Shown: in pieces, positions 26,516 to 33,132 of the stretch
Numbering within the stretch: the first letter of the stretch is position 1
Layout: each line of letters begins with the position of its first letter
Assembly (NCBI GenBank): GCA_039794265.1
Contig: JBDIVR010000015.1
Coordinates: 33,164-97,163 of the forward strand
Source: Myxococcota bacterium
GTDB taxonomy: Bacteria > Myxococcota_A > UBA9160 > PR03
DNA length: 64,000 nt
Direction of reading: 5' to 3'
Translations under genes and position numbers: made by a program
The notes under the pieces: generated by a model
Told to the model about the DNA's origin: nothing
The model's database searches: none
Seen by the model: only the letters and a program-made list of their open reading frames with translations

Positions 26516-27514
26516 GTGCTGCTGTGCTTCTACACGGCGTACTTCGCGCGTACGCTGCTGCTACCGATCGTTCTCGCAATCCTCGCGAGTCTCATCCTGC
26601 GGCCCTTCGTCGCAGCCATCCGGCGCGTGGGCATCCCGCCGGTCCTGGGCGCGGCGCTGGTCATGGGCGCCCTGATCGGCTCGGGGGCCTACGGCGTGGT
26701 GACCCTCGCGGAGCCCGCTGCAAAGTGGCTGGAGCGCGCGCCCTCCAGCGCGCGCCTGATCCAGCAGAAGCTCCGTTTCGTTCGCGAGCCCATCGAGCGC
26801 ATGAGCGATGCGACGAAGGAGGTCGAGGAAGCCGCACGGATCGACAACGAGGATCGCGAGCGTTCTGTCGTGGTGCGCCCGCCGCCGCTGTCGGACGCGA
26901 TCCTGAGTCACGCCCAGGGTCTCGTCGCGGGTGCGCTGATGAGCTTGATCTTGCTCTTCTTCCTGTTGGCGACGCCGGATCGGCTGCTCACGAAAGTCAT
27001 TGCGATGGCGCCGAGGCTCGGCGACAAGAAGCTGGTGGTGGCGGCCGTGCGGGAGGTCGAAGTGGAGATCTCGCGCTACCTACTGACGGTCAGCGCCATC
27101 AACGTCGGTCTCGGTGTCGCCGTCGGCGCGGCGATGCTTGCACTCGGGCTGCCGAACGCCCCGTTGTGGGGTGTCCTCGCAGCCATCGCGAACTTCGTAC
27201 CCTACGCCGGAGCGGCGTCGATGACGCTGGTGATCGGCGCAGTCGGCGTGGTGAGCTTCGACCAGCCCGTCGAGATGTTGACGCCGGCCGCCGTATTCCT
27301 CGCGCTCACGTCGATCGAGGCGTACATGGTGACACCGGCGGTTCTCGGCCGTCGCCTGACACTGAGCCGCGTAGCCGTGTTCCTGTCGATCGTCGCCTGG
27401 TCTTGGCTTTGGGGAATCCCGGGGGCACTGATCGCCGTGCCGGTGCTCGCGGCGACGAAAATCGCCGCGAAGCACCTGCCAGGCCTCGAGCCGGTGGCGC
27501 AGCTCCTCGACTAG
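26516..27514 (+). CDS. AI-2E family transporter (PerM/UPF0118)
   Basis: 332-aa polytopic ORF with a GTG start. The family-typical C-terminal half reads LLTVSAINVGLGVAVG...LWGVLAAIANFVPYAGA...LWGIPGALIAVPVLA. Confidence 0.85.
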   Translation: MLLCFYTAYFARTLLLPIVLAILASLILRPFVAAIRRVGIPPVLGAALVMGALIGSGAYGVVTLAEPAAKWLERAPSSARLIQQKLRFVREPIERMSDATKEVEEAARIDNEDRERSVVVRPPPLSDAILSHAQGLVAGALMSLILLFFLLATPDRLLTKVIAMAPRLGDKKLVVAAVREVEVEISRYLLTVSAINVGLGVAVGAAMLALGLPNAPLWGVLAAIANFVPYAGAASMTLVIGAVGVVSFDQPVEMLTPAAVFLALTSIEAYMVTPAVLGRRLTLSRVAVFLSIVAWSWLWGIPGALIAVPVLAATKIAAKHLPGLEPVAQLLD

Positions 27515-27637
27515 TCGCGCCTTCATCCGGGCGAATCCCGTGCCCTTTGCTCGTCGGAAAGCGGTCGACTCGGTGCGTCTCTTGTAGAAAGCGCCGTGCG
27601 AGCAGACGGAAGCTCGCCGCTCCGTCGCTCCCGGTGC

Positions 27638-27652
27638 TGGTACGGCCCTTGC
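27638..27652 (+). promoter_or_regulatory. sigma-54 type -24/-12 promoter (TGGTACggcccTTGC)
   Basis: GG is at 27639-27640 and GC at 27651-27652. Predicted TSS is ~27664, 96 nt before the ATG at 27760. Confidence 0.5.
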
Positions 27653-27759
27653 TTACCCCTCCTGCCAGACTCACGGCTCGGAAAACGCGCCCCGCGACGA
27701 GCGTCGGTCCGTAGAGCCGCGCATCGTTCGACATCGAACGGGCGAGACCAGGAGGAATC

Positions 27760-27954
27760 ATGGCCGAGCAGATACACGCGGACATCGGTCCCACGGTAGG
27801 CGAACGCGCGTCGGAGGCACGCGATCATCTACGCGATCGCGCGCAGGAAACGGATCACCTCGTGCGGGAGTTCGCGATGGAACATCCCTTCCTCGCCGTC
27901 GGCGGGGCACTGGCCGCCGGCTTCTTCCTCGCGCGGCTGATCGCGAAGCGGTAG
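27760..27954 (+). CDS. DUF883/ElaB-YqjD-like tail-anchored stress protein (short form)
   Basis: The ATG is preceded by the SD CAGGAGGA. The 64-aa product has a charged helical N-part and the C-terminal anchor HPFLAVGGALAAGFFLARLI. Confidence 0.6.
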   Translation: MAEQIHADIGPTVGERASEARDHLRDRAQETDHLVREFAMEHPFLAVGGALAAGFFLARLIAKR

Positions 27955-27957
27955 CCC

Positions 27958-28332
27958 ATGGTGGACACGAGACACAACCAGGAAGAAGCACACACCGGCG
28001 CGGACGATCGGGAGGAGGAGAAGGATGCGAGCACCGAGAACCTCCAGAAGGAGTTCCGACGAGCGCGCGAGGACACTGCGGCCGTCGTCGAGGATCTGCG
28101 CGGGCTGCGGGAGGAGCTTGCTGCGCTGCTCCGCGACCGGCTGCGGAGTCAGCCTTACTTGACCGTCGGCGCGAGCGCCGGGATCGGCTACGTGCTCGGC
28201 GGAGGGCTGCCGAAGGGCGCACCGACGCTGGCGCTGGGATTGGCAACGCGAATGGCCGCAGGCTGGCTGATGCGCGAAATCGGTGGAGCTGGCTTCGCGC
28301 GGGACTCGAGCCCGACCGAGGAGGAGCTGTGA
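27958..28332 (+). CDS. DUF883-like membrane-anchored protein
   Basis: It starts 3 nt after the previous stop. The 124-aa product has an acidic N-terminus, a helical segment EDLRGLREELAALLRDRL, and then PYLTVGASAGIGYVLGGGL. Confidence 0.5.
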   Translation: MVDTRHNQEEAHTGADDREEEKDASTENLQKEFRRAREDTAAVVEDLRGLREELAALLRDRLRSQPYLTVGASAGIGYVLGGGLPKGAPTLALGLATRMAAGWLMREIGGAGFARDSSPTEEEL

Positions 28333-28733
28333 TGGATCTCGGACAACTCACGGACAGACTTCCCGACCGGGACACCGTCCGCCACGGGCTGGAGCGCCTG
28401 GCAGGCAGCTTGCCTTCGCGCGACGCGGTGCGCGCTCGGACTCCGGATCTCCCTGCCGCTGCGCGACGCTGGTTGCCGGGCCAGCGCAAGCCCGCGTGGA
28501 GCGATGCGCTGACCGCACGCAATCTGGCGATCTTCGGCGTCGGCATGGCGCTGGGTGCTGGCCTGGCCGCCGTGCTGACCCCGCGCTCCGGGCCCGCGTT
28601 GCGCCGCGATCTGATCGATCGGATCCGACGACTGCGGGAGGCGGGGAGCGGCGCGGCAAGCGTTCCGCCCGCGCGCCGCGCCACACGCCACGACGGCAAT
28701 GGTACCGGGATCCGACCCGACCTCAGCCACTAG
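28329..28733 (+). CDS. YtxH-like protein
   Basis: Its start overlaps the previous stop (GTGATG; GTG at 28329 or ATG at 28332). The segment FGVGMALGAGLAAVLTPRSGPALRRDL fits the YtxH GxxxGxxxG...AP.SG..R pattern. Confidence 0.5.
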   Translation: MMDLGQLTDRLPDRDTVRHGLERLAGSLPSRDAVRARTPDLPAAARRWLPGQRKPAWSDALTARNLAIFGVGMALGAGLAAVLTPRSGPALRRDLIDRIRRLREAGSGAASVPPARRATRHDGNGTGIRPDLSH

Positions 28734-28762
28734 AAAAAACGTCACGGGAAACGCCGTCGTCA

Positions 28763-28777
28763 TGGCATGTTCCCTGC
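28763..28777 (+). promoter_or_regulatory. sigma-54 type -24/-12 promoter (TGGCATgttccCTGC)
   Basis: GG is at 28764-28765 and GC at 28776-28777. Predicted TSS is ~28789, 87 nt before the csbD ATG. It is flanked by two copies of AACGTCACG (28738-28746 and 28779-28787). Confidence 0.45.
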
Positions 28778-28875
28778 AAACGTCACGCGCAACGGCTTGG
28801 CAGCGCGTCGCGAGTCACGACGGCACCGCCGCATCTCGATCCCGGGAACGGCACGCCATCCGCGAAGGAGACCTG

Positions 28876-29073
28876 ATGAATTGGGATCGCATCGAAGGAA
28901 ACTGGAAGCAGTTCGTCGGCAAGGCTCGACAGAAGTGGGCCGATCTCACCGACGATGACCTGGAGACCCTGAAGGGGAAGAAGGACGAGCTGGTCGGCAA
29001 GCTTCAGGTACGCAAGGGAATCGCGCGCGAGGAGGCCGAGCGCGAAGTCGACGAGTGGTCGAAGAGCCTCTGA
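28876..29073 (+). CDS. csbD: CsbD family stress protein
   Basis: The ATG at 28876 has the SD GAAGGAG. The 65-aa product is MNWDRIEGNWKQFVGKARQKWADLTDDDLETLKGKKDELVGKLQVRKGIAREEAEREVDEW. Confidence 0.85.
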   Translation: MNWDRIEGNWKQFVGKARQKWADLTDDDLETLKGKKDELVGKLQVRKGIAREEAEREVDEWSKSL

Positions 29074-29176
29074 AGCGGTCGCGTCGCGGGGCCGCTGCTG
29101 CGAGAGAGGTCGGCAGCGGACCCGCCAGGACCGCCAGCGCGGTCCGCGGCTTTCCGAATCCCGTCGATCCTCGCCA

Positions 29177-29404
29177 TCATCGATCGCTCTCGTGCTTCCA
29201 TCCGAGTGCGAAGCCGATCACCAGAGCACCGACCACGCACCACGCGAGTCGCTCGCGGACGACCCGTCGAGGCGACATCGTGCTCTTGACCGTGCGCTCG
29301 AGGTTGCGCAACGAGCGCGCCAGATACGCCTCGGATCGCAGCCATGCGCGCTCGATTCTCTGTCGTTCCAGTGCGGCGTGACTTTTCGAGACGCCCTGGG
29401 TCAT
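29177..29404 (-). CDS. small tail-anchored protein, YqjK-like by position
   Basis: 75 aa. Its start forms an ATGA overlap with the upstream DUF1469-like gene. The N-part is helical and Arg-rich and the C-terminal TM is LAWCVVGALVIGFALGW. Confidence 0.45.
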   Translation of the reverse strand: MTQGVSKSHAALERQRIERAWLRSEAYLARSLRNLERTVKSTMSPRRVVRERLAWCVVGALVIGFALGWKHESDR

Positions 29405-29751
29405 GACGACGGCTCTTCTTCCGGATCGAGACGACTCCGTCCGAATGCCCAGACCGCACCCCCGAGAACGCCATGCGCCCCAGCCACCCACGCAGCGGCG
29501 GCAACGGCTCCGAAGTGCAGCCCCACCCACCACGCGACCGCTCCGACGGCGGACCACCAGAAGATGGCCGCGACGAAGCCGGCAAAGGTCGCGGCGAAGA
29601 GCACGAGAGTCCCCGCCTGGAGACCTTGCGCCACGGCGTCGCCCGCCTCGAGTCGCGCGAGGGCCACGCCGCGAGTGGCCACGTCGTGTGCGGACTGGAG
29701 CACCTCGTCGAACGCGTCGGCGATCGATTCGCCCGGAACCCGATCGTTCAT
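29401..29751 (-). CDS. DUF1469 / holin-X (YqjE-like) membrane protein
   Basis: I place the start at the ATG at 29751 (MNDRVPGES...). The 116-aa product reads ...LARLEAGDAVAQGLQAGTLVLFAATFAGFVAAIFWWSAVGAVAWWVGLHFGAVAAAAWVAGAHGVLGG. Confidence 0.6.
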   Translation of the reverse strand: MNDRVPGESIADAFDEVLQSAHDVATRGVALARLEAGDAVAQGLQAGTLVLFAATFAGFVAAIFWWSAVGAVAWWVGLHFGAVAAAAWVAGAHGVLGGAVWAFGRSRLDPEEEPSS

Positions 29752-29765
29752 GCACAGGAGCAGGA

Positions 29766-29780
29766 GCAAGCTCCGTGCCG
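29766..29780 (-). promoter_or_regulatory. sigma-54 type -24/-12 promoter (cGGCACggagcTTGC)
   Basis: The minus strand reads CCGGCACGGAGCTTGCTCC, an exact GGCAC-N5-TTGC. Predicted TSS is ~29754, only ~3 nt before the ATG at 29751, so the mRNA would be leaderless. Confidence 0.4.
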
Positions 29781-29918
29781 GAGGCAATGGCCGCGCATGC
29801 GCGTCTCTACGCGCATCACCGCCGAGGTGGGCCGCGAGTTTTGTAGAAACGCGGTCCCTGCCTCGATCCAGCCTGGGACATCGAGAGGCCCGCGTTCCCC
29901 TGTGGCGCAGACCTCCCG

Positions 29919-29933
29919 TGGCACATCGCTTGC
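29919..29933 (+). promoter_or_regulatory. sigma-54 type -24/-12 promoter (TGGCACatcgcTTGC, full consensus)
   Basis: The sequence GTGGCACATCGCTTGCAG is an exact TGGCAC-N5-TTGCA. Predicted TSS is ~29945, 69 nt before the ATG at 30014. Confidence 0.6.
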
Positions 29934-30013
29934 AGACCCTGTCCGCTGCGTACCGCACGCGCGCGCGATTCCGCTCGAGGAAGCGATGCGGGAACGCAAC
30001 AACTGGAGAGACG

Positions 30014-30187
30014 ATGAACAAGATGCAACGTGCGCTCGCCGCCGGATTCTGCTCGGTCGTATTCGTCGGAGCTGCCCTGGGAGGCGTCGCATGCGACCGC
30101 CAGGAGGGCCCGCTCGAGGAGATGGGGGAGAGCCTCGACGATGCAGCCGATGAGGTCGAAGACTCCGTCGACGACGCCACGCGATAG
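30014..30187 (+). CDS. small acidic lipoprotein
   Basis: The ATG at 30014 has the SD GGAGAG. The 57-aa product has signal and lipobox AAGFCSVVFVGAALGGVAC, followed by an acidic tail. Confidence 0.55.
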   Translation: MNKMQRALAAGFCSVVFVGAALGGVACDRQEGPLEEMGESLDDAADEVEDSVDDATR

Positions 30188-30227
30188 ACGTTCCGGGACG
30201 CGTTCCGAACGCAGAGGAGAGAACAGC

Positions 30228-30539
30228 ATGAACGGCGGCAACATGTTCCCGATCCTTTCGCTGCGGTTTCCCGCAAATCGGTCGAACCAGGGATTCAGTC
30301 CTGCCGTCGCCGCCGCGATCCAACCGCCGGCGGCGGAAGCGAATCAGGATCTGGCGTGGCTGCTGCGCCGCTCGCTCGACGGCGCGCGCGGCAACCCGAA
30401 GATCCGCGAACGCCTCCAGCAGCTGGCGCAGGACGCCGACAGCGTCGATGCCATCGTCCAGATACTGGGATCGCGACACGCTGTCGTGCGAGACCTGTCC
30501 CATCTCCTGCAGCGGCCCGAGTCCGGTCCGCGCGCCTGA
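30228..30539 (+). CDS. hypothetical protein
   Basis: The ATG at 30228 has the SD GAGGAGA 7 nt upstream. The product is 103 aa with mostly G/C-ending codons. I recognise no family. Confidence 0.4.
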   Translation: MNGGNMFPILSLRFPANRSNQGFSPAVAAAIQPPAAEANQDLAWLLRRSLDGARGNPKIRERLQQLAQDADSVDAIVQILGSRHAVVRDLSHLLQRPESGPRA

Positions 30540-30640
30540 CGCCCTCGAGGAGTCGAGGGCATGCCGACCCGAACTCGACGCACACGCAATCGAGTAGACA
30601 TCACCCCGATCGCATCAGGGCCCGAGCGGCCGCGATCCGG

Positions 30641-31180
30641 CTACTCGCGCTCTTGCGCCAGGCTCTCGACGAACGTGACCAGATGGCGGACCTCGTCGAC
30701 CGACAGCGTCTCGCTCCACCCCTGCATCGCCTCGGACCCGCCGAACGCGCCCGGACCGACGAGGATCACGCGGGCCAGGTCGCTCGCCTCCCCGGTCTCG
30801 TTGTTGTCGTTGGCATCGATGTAGAATCTGCCTTCCGTGAAGTCGCGAGGCTTGGGATCGAGAGCGCTGGCCGCGGGGCCATTGCCCGTGCCATCCGCAC
30901 CATGGCAAGCCGAGCAGTGGAGCGCGAACAAGGCGCTCCCCTGCTCGAGATCTCCTCCCTGCCAATCGACTCGCGTGAGCTGCCGAGCGAACGCGAGCGC
31001 CGTTGCAGGCGACACATCGGCTGGCGAGACCGCCTCTGCCGACGCGCTGATCGAAGCGCCGGCGCCGCCTCGGCCGTCGGATCCCGGCCTCGAGGCCTCC
31101 GGCTCCCCCGCATCCGAGCACGCGACGACGACGGCCAGGATCGCGGCGCGCGGGAGCCGAGCAACGAGTAGCGAGGCCAT
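30641..31180 (-). CDS. mono-haem c-type cytochrome lipoprotein
   Basis: I place the start at the ATG at 31180 (MASLLVARLPRAAILAVVVAC, a good lipobox). It has the haem motif CSACHG and a distal Met region (SEAMQGW). Confidence 0.75.
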   Translation of the reverse strand: MASLLVARLPRAAILAVVVACSDAGEPEASRPGSDGRGGAGASISASAEAVSPADVSPATALAFARQLTRVDWQGGDLEQGSALFALHCSACHGADGTGNGPAASALDPKPRDFTEGRFYIDANDNNETGEASDLARVILVGPGAFGGSEAMQGWSETLSVDEVRHLVTFVESLAQERE

Positions 31181-31225
31181 GCGGGCTCCGATCCGGTTCG
31201 TTTCGCCTGGGAGCTGGATTGTTCT

Positions 31226-31240
31226 GCAATCCCCGTGCCG
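31226..31240 (-). promoter_or_regulatory. sigma-54 type -24/-12 promoter (cGGCACggggaTTGC)
   Basis: The minus strand reads GCGGCACGGGGATTGCAG, an exact GGCAC-N5-TTGCA. Predicted TSS is ~31214, 34 nt before the cytochrome ATG. Confidence 0.55.
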
Positions 31241-31352
31241 CAGATGCGCCCGGGCGACTTGCTCACGGATCGTTCCGCCGACGTTGTCTACCCTCGCGTC
31301 GCCTGCGATTCGCGGGGGCAATCCAGGCACGAGTGAGGACGGTCGGGGTCCC

Positions 31353-31877
31353 ATGCTCGACCCGGCGCACTTCGTGATCGGCTCGGATGACGTCCACGCC
31401 TGCGTCGGATCCGACCGTGTGCGCGATCCCCGACGGGTCGCCGCAGGGATCTCGGAGCTGGACGCGGACGTCGTCGGACCGCAGGAAGTGGACTCGCGAT
31501 CTCCGGGCAGCGATGGCCCCTGCCGACTCGCCGTCCGGATGCGGGAAGCCGGGTTCGTCTGGACCGACGGCCCCACCATGCAGCGCGCGGACGGCCGCGA
31601 CCTGGCCGTGCTGCCCGGAGACTTCAACGAATGGTGGGTAGCCGGTCGGCTGCTGCGCCGACTCCACCGCGCGCCCGGGCGGACGCGCGGCGTGCGCAGC
31701 TTCCCGGCGCGGGCGCCGCTGTCCCCCGTGGACCGGATCTGCGTGAAGCCCGCCCGCGTCGTCCGCGAGATCCGCGCCCATCGCAGTGCGCTCGCCCGCC
31801 GGGCCTCCGATCATCTTCCGGTGACGGCGCGGATCGAGATCTCGCCGAGGAGTTCGCCGACTCAGCGGACGTCGTAG
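31353..31877 (+). pseudogene. endonuclease/exonuclease/phosphatase (EEP) family remnant with an apparent in-frame internal deletion
   Basis: 174 aa. The N-part is ...DDVHACVGSD...LDADVVGPQEVD and the C-part is ...LPGDFNEW...RASDHLPV. The central ~80-90 aa found in ~250-aa family members is absent, and the N-terminal N-x-H motif is changed to DDVH. Confidence 0.45.
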
Positions 31878-32857
31878 ACCTCCGGATTCGCGCAGGCCAC
31901 CATGCGTCGGCCGTCGAGTGCGGCGAGCAGGTTGTCGACGGCGAGTTCCGCCATGCGAGTCCGCGTCGCTCCACTCGCGCTGCCGATGTGAGGGGTCAGG
32001 ACGACGTTCGGGAGCTCGAGTAGCGGGCTCGTCCGCTCGAGGGGCTCGCGCGCGAAGACGTCGAGCGCTGCCGCTGCGAGGCGACCCGCCCGGAGCGCCG
32101 CGGCGAGGGCCGCCTCGTCGACGATGCCGCCGCGAGCGGTGTTCACGAGGATGGCGCCGGGCTTCATTGCGCCGAGCGCCCGCGCATCGAGGAGTCCGCG
32201 GGTCTCCGGAGCCAGCGCGACGTGGATGCTGACGAAGTCGGCGAGTGCGAGCAGCTCCGGAAGCCCCACGGGTTCCACGTGCCCCGCGAGATCACCGAGC
32301 GGCCGGGGCGTTCGGGACCACGACAGCACACGCATCCCGAAGCCGATCGCCCGGTGCGCGACAGCGCGGCCGATCGCGCCCAAGCCGATCAATCCGAGCG
32401 TCGCGCCGTGCACATCGCGCCCGAGCAGGAGGTCCGGCTCCCAGACCCGCTCGGGCCGCCAGTCCCCATCGCGCACGAAGCGGTCGGCCTCCGGAATGCG
32501 CCGGGCAGCGGCGAGCAGCAGCGCGAAGGTCAGGTCCGCCGTCGTTTCGGTGAGGACGCCCGGCGTATGGCCGACCGGCAGGGCGCGGGCCGTCGCCGCC
32601 GCCAGATCGATGTGGTCGACCCCCACCGAGACGCTCGAGAGCGCGCGCAATCCGGGGGCCCGCGCGAGCAGGGGTGCGTCGATCCGATCGGTGAGCAGGC
32701 AGAGCAGACCGTCCGCGTCGGCGAGCCGGGCGGCGAGCACGTCGGGCGGGGGGGCGGAGCGTTCCGGCCACACGTCCAGGTCGACGGTTCGGGCCAGCCT
32801 CTCGAGCGCCGGGCCCGGAAGCGCGCGGGTTGCGAAGACGCGAGGCACAGGGGTCAT
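31862..32857 (-). CDS. D-isomer-specific 2-hydroxyacid dehydrogenase (glyoxylate/hydroxypyruvate reductase-like)
   Basis: 331 aa. It has the NAD fold GLIGLGAIGRAVA and the motifs LVNTARGGIVDE and LTPHIGSAS. Confidence 0.9.
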   Translation of the reverse strand: MTPVPRVFATRALPGPALERLARTVDLDVWPERSAPPPDVLAARLADADGLLCLLTDRIDAPLLARAPGLRALSSVSVGVDHIDLAAATARALPVGHTPGVLTETTADLTFALLLAAARRIPEADRFVRDGDWRPERVWEPDLLLGRDVHGATLGLIGLGAIGRAVAHRAIGFGMRVLSWSRTPRPLGDLAGHVEPVGLPELLALADFVSIHVALAPETRGLLDARALGAMKPGAILVNTARGGIVDEAALAAALRAGRLAAAALDVFAREPLERTSPLLELPNVVLTPHIGSASGATRTRMAELAVDNLLAALDGRRMVACANPEVYDVR

Positions 32858-33030
32858 CGTTTCGGCCTCCGATCCGAGTTGCGCGACCGCGCTCGCCGCA
32901 ATCCGCGCTTGACCCGGGGGAGCCCCCAGAGATAGCGTCCGGTCGGGTGTGCCGGCCCCCCATCGGTGGCGGTCTCCTGCCGGGCCTGTCCCGGGATGCG
33001 CGCGTCGCCACGATCCGAAGCCCAGCCGAC

Positions 33031-33064
33031 GTCGAGATCGAAGTCGAGATCGGAATCGGAATCG
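33031..33064 (+). repeat. short tandem repeats GTCGAGATCGAA GTCGAGATCGGA ATCGGA ATCG
   Basis: Read directly from the sequence. It lies 70-100 nt upstream of the RND transporter ATG. Confidence 0.6.
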
Positions 33065-33132
33065 TGTGCTCGCGCGTCTCTCGTGGCCCGGCTTCCTCGT
33101 CGTGTACCGAAGGCCACTAGCGGGAGACCCCC

